Below, piece by piece: positions 18,835 through 28,300 of a DNA stretch of 64,000 bases. The stretch is from NCBI GenBank assembly GCA_000002435.2, contig CM018792.1; one strand, 5' to 3'. The notes below the pieces were generated by a model that was not told the DNA's origin, made no database searches, and saw only the letters and a program-made list of their open reading frames with translations. This DNA is from Giardia intestinalis (taxonomy: Eukaryota). The translations under genes were made by a program, and so were the position numbers. Each line of letters opens with the position of its first letter. The stretch's first letter is position 1.

Positions 18835-21800
18835 TTATTCCCTCTCCATCTCCCCTCCCTCCTGGAGGCCCAGAAGAGCGGCGAGGACGTCGTCGAAGGC
18901 GAGGCGTGTGTGCGTCGGGTCGGGGAGCTGGGAGCGGACCTGCACGGGCCCCTCGGCAAGGCCTGCCTCTCCGCTGCCCAGCCCCGAGACGGTGATCGTG
19001 TGCCCGGCCAGCGCCAGGCCCTCGACGGAGCCCAGCGTACGGTACCGCCGCTCTCCGTGTGCAGGGAGTAGTCGGGCCCGGGACGGAGCCCACAGCCCCC
19101 GCTCTAGCGTCACAGGGGGCACATCAGTGTGATTTCCGTAGTTAATCTGATGGTAGGCCTCCCAGAGCACCTTAGGTCCGTAGAGGTGAGAAGCCCACAT
19201 CATCGGTGTCACCCTAGAAGGCCCGGGGGCTAGGGTGGGCTCTGCTCTGATGGCCTCGAGCGCCTCCGCTGACTGGATGGCCATGGCCCGTAAGGGATCG
19301 TTAGAAAAGCCCTCCAGCGCAAGGACGTCTTCTGCAAGCATTACCCTTCCGGATGCACGCCCTCGCCTCCGCCGCTTCCGTGTTGAAGCATGGGCATTTG
19401 CGACCAACGGCTCGTGCTCCAGTAGTCGGTCACGTAGCCGCTGCAGACCTGCCTGTACCCGTCGGAGGTGACGTGTGTGCTGGTAAGTGTTTTGCTGTGC
19501 AACAAAGTCAAAATCGCGGCTGCTCGTCAAGGATTGTACCCTATGGATGCACGACGGGATGTATTCTATTATCTCGGTTTGTCCTAAGTTAAGCTCATCT
19601 AGGCCGTCCCTTGGATTATTGCCCCGAGTGTGTCTGTGAGGAGCCGCCGTCCAGCCACGCTGAGTCCAGCCTTGCCCGGAATCCATCCCCGATGATGATA
19701 GCGCGCTGCTATGGTTATCTTCTGAATCAGAAGACAGCTCAGCGACAGATAGCTTTGGGTTGCGGCGCACCTGGTGCTTACTAGGGGGTATAGATATCAA
19801 GTCCATGGATTGGCTGAAGATGGTTGCGATCCGTTCCCTCAAGCGCGTTTGTAGAAAGCTACAGACAAAGGCCCGCACGGAGCAGTCTGGAAGAAGTGTG
19901 AGATAAATAAGGAGAGCGTGCTTCATTGAGAGCCTTCGAGGTAGATAGCCGTCCAAGCTTCTAATCTTGCCCTCTACATTACCATCCAGGGAAAGCTTAA
20001 GGAATTGAAGGTTATGTTCTGAATCGTTTTCTTTTGACAAGAGCGCCTCTTCTATGTGATCGGTTGATAGCAATGGTGTTACATTGGATCCCATGCTTTG
20101 TTTGGCCAATCCAATAAGGCGCAAGATAGAAGCTTCAGCTACGAGGTTGTCTCGTCTGTTGGGTGTTTCCTCGCCCAAAAACGATGCACACAAATCTCTA
20201 TAGCTTATAGATAGCGTCGCCCCTGCAGACGCTTGCTTTGTGTCCATCTTGCCAGCTTGCATATCGGTGGTAGATTGCGCTTTAATAGAGCTTCCTCCGG
20301 ACTTGCATAAGCATGCCTTGCATGTTGAATATGCACGGTCTACACAAAGATCTGTTTCATCCATAGCGACCATATTGCAGAAGTAACAAGGACACAGTGG
20401 CCTGATCGTCAACGACACAGTAGAAGGGGTTCCATGTACACAGCCCTCAGGCCAAGTACAGGACGCGACAAACGATACCGATCTCGCCTCCATGCCGTCA
20501 AGAAGGAGTCCGTTATGTTGTGCCTGAGAAGTGCGCAGGAGAATGTTATTGAAGCGCAAAATCATCTGACAAATAGCTTTGTAGTATGCGTGCGCAGATG
20601 GAATATCCAAGCAAACATGATCATGAGTTTGGAGAAGAGTCTCCTGAGTGCATGCTCGCATGTGTTCTAAAAGGGAATCATAAAAAAAGGTAGCTGTAGT
20701 GAAGTGCTGGTAGGTATAGAGTCGATCTAGCACGAGTGGCATAAGATAGCGAAGCTTTTCTTCCATGGAAGTAAGTGTGTAGAATGCATGGCTTCCACCC
20801 TTTAACTCTATAAGAGCCCTTATCGCATGAGGAAAGTTACTTTCGAAGCCAGTAAGTTTCATCCCTGGACCTGTAGTAAGAGGAGGGTGGCAAAACAAAT
20901 CAGAAAATTCGTTCATACACCTCTGGGCAACAGCTTCTAAGATTCTTGGTGTAGTTGGCGCTGAAAATACTTGTTTGTTTGGGATGTCCTTTTCAAGGCC
21001 ACCGACCTGGTCCTGCTCCGGCAACGATTCTAAATCCAAGAAACCAGGTTGAGCGTCTTTTAAATTATAGACTCCTTTTTCAGCGAGCTCATAGACTGAT
21101 GTGGGTTTAGCTGTGTCTACATGGAAAGACTCCACAAAGCTAGATTCTTTTCCTTGAGCATCCTTGGCTGTGAAGACATCCACAGCAGAAAGAATATCAT
21201 GCATGCTCTTTGAAGCACTGATCGCCTCATTGATTTGTCCTAAAAGCTCGTTTGCTGGTAGTTCTGGCAATGCTGTGACATTGCCTCCAAAGCTGTTGAA
21301 GACATCACAGACAATCCCCCTGATCCCGCAAGTTAGTGACTGGGCCAGGTATACGTCTTCTGGTGTAGCAAAGTGCTCCTGGGATAGAGACCCAAATACT
21401 TTGCACTCTATAAATTGTGAACAAAGTCGTAGAAAACTAGCAGACTTGGACCAGGGTCCCATGAAAAGCTTTTCGATAACATCGAGCCAGTGCTCGTATG
21501 CTGAGTGGACGTAAGTAAACATCGTCGAGGTAAGCAGTCGGTGGGAGGCATAGTTTCGAACGGTGTCGCAGGCTTCCATATCCTGAGTGTAATTCCTAGA
21601 CCTCTTAGAGCCGTATTGCTCTGCTCCTTCCTTTGCATGTTCTTCCCGTTGGACCCTTGACAAAGCGCCATACGCCTTGTGCTCAGAGATGTCATCAGCT
21701 ATGACATAAATATCGCTAGCATAACGAGCAAAGTATTCTGGTTCAGGGTAGATTGTGACCATCACTCTGCGAGTGCTAGGATCTGGCAAGACAAAGTCAA

Positions 21801-22521
21801 AATGGCAGAATCGCGTTTCTATTTGAGGACTCAAAAGCCTTACAAACTTTCCAGAGAGAAGAAATGCACTTGCCGATGTACTGTGCTCATAATAGTATGT
21901 CGTTCTATCTTGAGAAAGCTCCTCACTACTTAGAGACAAGGCATCCTCAATTGCGGAAAAAACTGAAGCGTTAAGCCACGTGTCGTCCATATGAGTTGCA
22001 AGACAAGAAACCGGCGCATGCACTCTTGACGATAAGGAGTGTGCAGCACTGTGCTCATGTATCCGCTCGAGCGCTTCCATTATCACATGACGCCGAATGA
22101 ATGCTGCATCGGAAATGTCCTCCTCTGACGATTCCGAGTCCTCATTAGCCGCTTTTTCTTCCAGAAGCTCCAGAAAAAGAGGCGGTGAACATGATAACTC
22201 GGCAGTCAAAAATCCAGAAAGGCAGCGCCTGTAAGCATGGCCGTCTAAGCACGGGTCTGACGAAAAAATATTCACTCCCTTAGGCAAACAACCCCTAGGA
22301 TCGTCAAAATTCAGCCGCACTCGATGACTAGAATCGAAGCCACTGCTGTACATGAACTGCTGTGCGTACTTAAGACCAAATAAAGGAACATAAATCAGAC
22401 TGCTGGGTTCTGTTTCATTGCTTGGTAAAGTAGAGTCACCTAGCGCCATCCCGTGATTTGTAGGGCTATGCATCGGTGCTGCAGGCACTAAGGTATCATG
22501 GAAACCACTTTGTGGGCCCAT
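18835..22521 (-). CDS. Large hypothetical protein, 1228 aa (palindrome copy A). The C-terminus differs from copy B.
   Basis: Long ORF, identical to 46210..49929 except for the last codons (…GEMERE* versus …GEMERCNSSNVVPTICE*). No recognisable domain. Confidence 0.65.
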   Translation of the reverse strand: MGPQSGFHDTLVPAAPMHSPTNHGMALGDSTLPSNETEPSSLIYVPLFGLKYAQQFMYSSGFDSSHRVRLNFDDPRGCLPKGVNIFSSDPCLDGHAYRRCLSGFLTAELSCSPPLFLELLEEKAANEDSESSEEDISDAAFIRRHVIMEALERIHEHSAAHSLSSRVHAPVSCLATHMDDTWLNASVFSAIEDALSLSSEELSQDRTTYYYEHSTSASAFLLSGKFVRLLSPQIETRFCHFDFVLPDPSTRRVMVTIYPEPEYFARYASDIYVIADDISEHKAYGALSRVQREEHAKEGAEQYGSKRSRNYTQDMEACDTVRNYASHRLLTSTMFTYVHSAYEHWLDVIEKLFMGPWSKSASFLRLCSQFIECKVFGSLSQEHFATPEDVYLAQSLTCGIRGIVCDVFNSFGGNVTALPELPANELLGQINEAISASKSMHDILSAVDVFTAKDAQGKESSFVESFHVDTAKPTSVYELAEKGVYNLKDAQPGFLDLESLPEQDQVGGLEKDIPNKQVFSAPTTPRILEAVAQRCMNEFSDLFCHPPLTTGPGMKLTGFESNFPHAIRALIELKGGSHAFYTLTSMEEKLRYLMPLVLDRLYTYQHFTTATFFYDSLLEHMRACTQETLLQTHDHVCLDIPSAHAYYKAICQMILRFNNILLRTSQAQHNGLLLDGMEARSVSFVASCTWPEGCVHGTPSTVSLTIRPLCPCYFCNMVAMDETDLCVDRAYSTCKACLCKSGGSSIKAQSTTDMQAGKMDTKQASAGATLSISYRDLCASFLGEETPNRRDNLVAEASILRLIGLAKQSMGSNVTPLLSTDHIEEALLSKENDSEHNLQFLKLSLDGNVEGKIRSLDGYLPRRLSMKHALLIYLTLLPDCSVRAFVCSFLQTRLRERIATIFSQSMDLISIPPSKHQVRRNPKLSVAELSSDSEDNHSSALSSSGMDSGQGWTQRGWTAAPHRHTRGNNPRDGLDELNLGQTEIIEYIPSCIHRVQSLTSSRDFDFVAQQNTYQHTRHLRRVQAGLQRLRDRLLEHEPLVANAHASTRKRRRRGRASGRVMLAEDVLALEGFSNDPLRAMAIQSAEALEAIRAEPTLAPGPSRVTPMMWASHLYGPKVLWEAYHQINYGNHTDVPPVTLERGLWAPSRARLLPAHGERRYRTLGSVEGLALAGHTITVSGLGSGEAGLAEGPVQVRSQLPDPTHTRLAFDDVLAALLGLQEGGEMERE

Positions 22522-22808
22522 GTGTTTCTTACCTGAGACTCAGCTTTTTGATTCTGCGCTCAGTTGTCTCCTCCCTATTTGAATGGAGCCATGACTCTCT
22601 AGAATACCAAATTAAGAACAGCATTGGCTTTAGCTCTGTCTAGGACTGGTTGAATTCTAACAGTCATGGTCTTTCTAACATTTAGAGCTCTATAGCCTTG
22701 AACAAATTCTCGCATGTCTATACAACGGCCTGAAGATGAAGGACCATATACTATCTTGTTCGAGTTAAGTAATTCCAATCACTAATCCTGATGATCTCTA
22801 TTTGTTAG

Positions 22809-25349
22809 ATGTTGAATATACGTAGGTATCAGCGGCTGTTTACTGTAGAGAACAAAAGCAGATACAAAAAGCTATCGAGCCACATGTTATTGTTGTTGCT
22901 ACTTGTTATATCTATCTTGACAACTTCTGAAAGAGGAGAGCTCTGCCTTTTAGAATTACGGGAGGGGTATCAGTTGGACTCCACGACACTTGATCCAAAT
23001 TTTGTACGAGATCTTGGGGTTTTGGACTTGAAGGTTTTTGATTGTTATCACGAAATAGCTGACGAGCTCCAGGCTCATCCCGAACTTGAAAAGAGTTTAA
23101 AAGAGCAATACTTACAACATCTTCGAAGCCAAGCTGCTGTCAATAAAGTTTATTGTGACGACTTTTTCGATACAACAACTCTCCTTTATCATATTAATGA
23201 CCAAACAGAGGACGCAGAACCACTAGATCATCTTCACCTTATAAACATCTTTCGATCTGATAACCTTACGTTAATTCATCCTGATGTCACCGGCCGACGA
23301 ATTAAGCTTTCGTTTCTGAACTCAGGGATTTCTAGGACATGCACCCAACTAACTCTCAACGAAGAATATTCCATAAACTGTGGCGGCTTTAATGCATCTC
23401 TCTTTACTGAGGATGCACCCGGGACAATTGCGTTAACCCTTGCTGCAGCCCACATGTCTGGAGGCACCAGTGGGGTAGCGAGAAACGCTCAGGTCATTGA
23501 GAGAACGGTGTTCAGACCTAAACTGGTTGATTCGGAGACATCTTCTGGGATGGTTGCTAGCTCAGAGTACGAAGCATCGTTTATTGATGTCTTGGAAGGA
23601 TATAGCATAAAGGGCGCATCATCCCGCTTCATGAACCTATTAGTTTGTATGTATGAGATTCCATTCGCTGCTCATCTAAGGGCTAAGAACTCTCTCTTGG
23701 AGTCTTTGGTTCCTCTTCTCAGAGATGTAATGGCAGCATCAGATGTTAAAGACTCTTGCAACGGCGATTTCATCCCTATTTTTAGTACAGGTGTAGGCGA
23801 AGAAGACGTCAATCTGTTAAATTATTTGCAATCCTCCGTAGCTGTGTATGTACAAAGCGTCATCCAGCAATCTCATGGAGAGGCTAACACAGTACTCACT
23901 GTCACCTATCCTAGCTCCAGAATCGGAGCGAATATCCTATTCAGCACCCCGTCTGGAACAGAAGACGCGCCATTGGTCGCCTTTGGATTTGATGACGTTG
24001 TTGCCCCCGTCGCATATGGGCCTGGGTCCGCCCTATCTATTGGAGCAGCTGCACTTGCACTAGTGGCCGATGCGTTTGCAGCTCTAGGGTATCAGATGAG
24101 CTTTTCTGATTTGCTTAACGTGATCGCCGAGACAGGGAGACACACAGAGCTAGGGCTTAACTCATCATACCTCGGCGACGCAAACGACTGGAAAAGAAAC
24201 GCTGCTGGATACCTCTTCTCGAATACATACGGGTTTGGACTGGTGGATGTGAATGCCTCCCTCTCTTATGTTAAGGCGCTTCGTCACATATATGGTTCAG
24301 AAAAAGACTACATGAGCCGTCAGGCTTGGGAAGAGCGATGTGGTAACTCTTGTAAGAAATTCCTGGGCTGCACAGGGGTGATTATTGATGATGGTGGGGA
24401 GTGTGCGGAAAAGTGTGGAGTCCATCGAATAGCAATCGATCGTTACATCCCTGATCGGATCACCCTCCAGAAGAAGCTATCTGTCGTGCAAAATAAGCGC
24501 ATAGAGAAAATAGGACTCCGAGTTGTTGCTTCAAACGGGTCGAATCTAAAGGAGCTGAGTATACTGGTGCAATCGCCAGAGGGAACCAGAGGCACGATGA
24601 TCCAGCCAGATTCTGTGACGACAGAAGATATTGAGGGTGTGTTTTTCTACTCCTACCTGTTCTACGGAGAGAACTCCGTTGGAGACTGGACTATTAACAT
24701 CCTTGACGTAGGATACCATCAGTCCATCTTCATCGAGTACATTGACATAGTGATCTTTGGGATCGAGTCTCACCTTACTATTGCATGGCCTAGTAGCATT
24801 GCCTTTAGAACGAATCCAGAAGAAAACGCAGAGACCGTTATGGAGAGGATGATGCGTACGCTTGGCTACAAGCGGCGCACAGCTTCTTCTTCAAACACTC
24901 TGTACTACACTTGCACAGTGCATCCTGTCACAAAAAGGTATACCCTGTTTTATCTGAGTGGAACGCAGACTGCTTGGAGAAGCGCACCTCAAACTCCTGT
25001 TACGATTGCCACAGATATACAGTTCAGTTGTACAGGCCCGAAGGTTAACGGAAAAGAGTTTGGTTTGACGCTAACAGGGCTAGTCGAACAGGAAGCATTC
25101 AGCGGCCAAGGGAGGCTTCTCTTTGTCCCGTCTGGGATTACGGAGCTCGACCGTACCACACTTCGCGAAGATGTGTTTGTCTCAAACAGCATCAGGGTCA
25201 CATATTCACCAGAAGAGGACGGGGGTTTGCCTGATGAAGAAGGCGACGTGTCCTCTGAGGCTCGATACAGACCCCGCTTGCTAGCTGCTACTGTGACAGG
25301 CCTATGTGTGCTAGCTGCCGCCTTTCTTGGGGGAGCATTCAAGGAGTAG
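22809..25349 (+). CDS. Kexin/furin-like (subtilase S8B) proprotein-convertase homologue with P-domain. Type I membrane protein. Catalytic triad integrity uncertain.
   Basis: 846 aa. Signal peptide MLLLLLLVISILTTS. C-terminal TM LLAATVTGLCVLAAAFLGG. ...GDANDWKRNAAGYLFSNTYGFGLVDVNASL matches the furin ...NANDWATNGVGRKVSHSYGYGLLDAGAM. The P-domain-like LSILVQSPEGTRGTMIQP...GDWTINILD matches LAIHLVSPMGTRSTLL...GEWVLEI. The canonical D/H/S motifs were not confidently located. Confidence 0.65.
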   Translation: MLNIRRYQRLFTVENKSRYKKLSSHMLLLLLLVISILTTSERGELCLLELREGYQLDSTTLDPNFVRDLGVLDLKVFDCYHEIADELQAHPELEKSLKEQYLQHLRSQAAVNKVYCDDFFDTTTLLYHINDQTEDAEPLDHLHLINIFRSDNLTLIHPDVTGRRIKLSFLNSGISRTCTQLTLNEEYSINCGGFNASLFTEDAPGTIALTLAAAHMSGGTSGVARNAQVIERTVFRPKLVDSETSSGMVASSEYEASFIDVLEGYSIKGASSRFMNLLVCMYEIPFAAHLRAKNSLLESLVPLLRDVMAASDVKDSCNGDFIPIFSTGVGEEDVNLLNYLQSSVAVYVQSVIQQSHGEANTVLTVTYPSSRIGANILFSTPSGTEDAPLVAFGFDDVVAPVAYGPGSALSIGAAALALVADAFAALGYQMSFSDLLNVIAETGRHTELGLNSSYLGDANDWKRNAAGYLFSNTYGFGLVDVNASLSYVKALRHIYGSEKDYMSRQAWEERCGNSCKKFLGCTGVIIDDGGECAEKCGVHRIAIDRYIPDRITLQKKLSVVQNKRIEKIGLRVVASNGSNLKELSILVQSPEGTRGTMIQPDSVTTEDIEGVFFYSYLFYGENSVGDWTINILDVGYHQSIFIEYIDIVIFGIESHLTIAWPSSIAFRTNPEENAETVMERMMRTLGYKRRTASSSNTLYYTCTVHPVTKRYTLFYLSGTQTAWRSAPQTPVTIATDIQFSCTGPKVNGKEFGLTLTGLVEQEAFSGQGRLLFVPSGITELDRTTLREDVFVSNSIRVTYSPEEDGGLPDEEGDVSSEARYRPRLLAATVTGLCVLAAAFLGGAFKE

Positions 25350-28300
25350 AGAAACCCATATCTTATACTGAGAAAGGCCGAAGAGAGGGTCTCAGATGCA
25401 GGTGAAAGGACCCTTCCTTCAAAGATACTCTAGTAACACTGGCGTAGACAGAAGCCAAGAAGGCTGAATCTAATTTGGATAGTTATGTCATTGTAACACC
25501 ACCCAATAGCTTGCTGAGAATTAGGACTTTGCCAGTGGGGTGTGTGGTTGTGCTTGAATTTGAGCCACCCGGAGTTGATGGTTAGACTACAAAGTAGTCG
25601 AGTTGAAGCTGTTACAACTCCAGCGTATGGGAAGAATGCAAGTGGGCGAGTTGATCACTCGTTAGCTGTTCTATCCTTGGCCAAACCACTTGGCCGTTCG
25701 CGTTCATCCTGTATATAAGATAGTGAATGCGTATGTAACCCTCAAGAAATGCTTTATGGGAGAAGCAGTGTAAGCGCATCGAGGAACAGAAGCACGGAGA
25801 CTTCTCTTAGCTACATCAAGCAAATGCTAAAGAGGGCTGCTAGTCGGAGAGTGCTTTTGGATCTGCAGTAGGATGACGAGCAGGCATCTCTCTTGTGGAG
25901 CCGTGTGATGCCCGTTATTTGGCATGCAAAGAAGATACCATCAGGCTTAGCCAGAAACAGCCGAACAGCCTTTCATATGGTCTACCGGAGTCATTCAATA
26001 CACAAAGACGAGGCACTGTCTCATTACCACAGCGGTCTTGACAGACCCAGGCGTGCAAATGCCAACAATGCAAGCGGGACAAGTACCATATCGATAGAGA
26101 CTTGGATCTCAAAAGCAAACAGAGAGCACCGACCGCTACAGCGTGTGCTTATGCTGTCATGTATCTAACACCAGTAAGTATAATTAGTAACAGGTCACTT
26201 GTAGGGAGTCATTGAATGCGGCGTAGCAGTGAGCGAAGGATCTAGCGTCTGCTGCTTGTGATGCTCAAATGGTGTAAGTGGTGTTCCTAGTCAGTAGACC
26301 TCCTCCAGAAATGGCAGATACCGGAGAATGTGTGACTAGTCGTGGAGGCCACGAACCGTGTACAGAGGCATCAAAGTTAGAAGACAGGCGTCTATGAGCG
26401 ACTCTTGTGAGTGTATCAATAAAGGAAAGGGCCAGGACACTGCTGGGTCTACCTGATGCGTCTAAGGCAGGAGAGATGGAAGAGCTGATAAGCACGTGGC
26501 TCACTACAATAAGTACGGCAGACATAGTGCAGTTCAAGAGGATGCAAACTACTGCTGCATATGCTAGGCTGTGGAGTTACGCCTATGAGCACCCTGTGAA
26601 CCGAGAGCTTGCATCTCTTCCTACAGCGTAGCGGGTGGAAGAGGCACGAGCTTGAGCAAGGCCAGAATGCTAGGGCCACAGAACGAGCGGCAGCTGGGAG
26701 AGAAGCTTGTGGAGGGTGATGCATAGCTCTCTGCTAGCTAGGAAGCGGCGTGGCCCACTGACGGGACGACTGGACGTAACCACGTTAAGCTTGATAGGCA
26801 CGTTGAGCGCAGCGTTTTATGGCCTCTGAATACCGCACTGGTGTATGTGCTAGACAAGGTTTACCGGTATACCTTGAAGACAGGACTACTTGGTTGGCTG
26901 AAGCTGGGAAAGCGACCAATCCATTCCCATCAGAGGTGAATGCTTCCCCATGGATACACCTGAGACCGCACCCTCCTGTGGCCGGACAGGAGAGCAGACA
27001 ATCGTGGAAACGTGTGCGAACAACCCATGGGTGCTGTCCAGCCATCTCTCTAGAACACGGTTATTTGCTAGCAGGCGGTACAGCGGGGAAGGAGACCGCC
27101 GTGCGTTGCTCCTGCCCGGCTAGATACGTCCCTTGCTCGCGGCACGGGCCCTGAAGGGGGCGTTGTCATGTGGCCTCTCGCTGAGCTAAAAAACTAGGTA
27201 TGTCTGTGATCGTGGCTATCTCCCCAGAGTAGCACCTCCGTGCACAGGCCCTATTGTGTTCGTCGCTTAGCCCGCTAGACAAGGGGCTCAAAGGCCTTTT
27301 GAAGCGTCTTCTAGCCTCTGACATATCGCAAGTACTATAAGCACGAACAGCACACGGAACGACGGTGGCACACATGGACAGTGTACTATGTGCGTAGAAG
27401 AGAGCAGCCGTCCTCACATGTGCACGATGACACTAGCCAGTACGCCTTAGCTATTTTGCCGGCGACCATTTCCCCTTGTGCTTGCCACGATGGGAGAGCA
27501 AATGCACCTGGCGGGTTGGCAGCTGCTGTGCTGGCCTTCTTGAGCACTAGGCACATCCCTGCATGATGTTCAGTGCGAGCCAAATCCCACGATTGGGACT
27601 ATCGTTATTAGCAAGGCGAGGTAGCTCGTTACAGCGGGCGCGCCTTTGATCACGTCCGCGATCTCTGTGCATACAGATGCTCCCCTACGCCTGCTGGCGA
27701 TAATCGTGCACTCAGACAAGTACCACAAGGCGCTCCACTGTCCTCAAGGGAGACCAACGGCTTATGCATACGGCGCAACGGAGGCCTATGCGGTGAGTGC
27801 TACAGGGCCAGCTACTGACCAGTCTGGATCACAGTCCGCTCCTCAAGTACCCTTATACGTGCTTGCGTGCTCGTTGCCAGTGTTGAGCGAGACTGCAAAG
27901 GGTTTTGCTTCGTTGTGCTTATCTTACAGTGCTCAGTCCTTGGAGTACGCTTCACCGAAGGGGGATGTTAACTAGATGTGCAGAAGGTTGGCCGTGCACA
28001 GAGGTTTCTAGAAAGCCGGTTCACACAGAGGAGGCAGGGGCGATAAGCAGGCCAGCTATGTAAGACTAGCGTTAGAGGGGCTAGCTGCCAACCAAGATTG
28101 TAGCGGGATATCTGTAGTGCCTGATGGCTTCTAAGCATGGCAAAGCCGTGAGGCCTACGGACAAGCTGGAGGCTGCTCTTTGTTTTTATGCATTTGTAGC
28201 AGAACAGGTTCTTGAAAGTCTGCTCATTCCGGAGCTGAAAGAGTCCATCTCCTCTCCCCACATGGCACGGGGCTCCATTGTAGATGTGTACTATACAAAC

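Noticed and set aside
18797-19132. Arg/Pro/Gly-rich alternative-frame ORFs (98 aa −, 74 aa +; mirrors 49599..49943 and 49638..49895) overlapping the 3' end of the 1228-aa gene
   Set aside because: Explained by the local GC spike. Low-complexity translations. They sit inside a long ORF with much better coding character.
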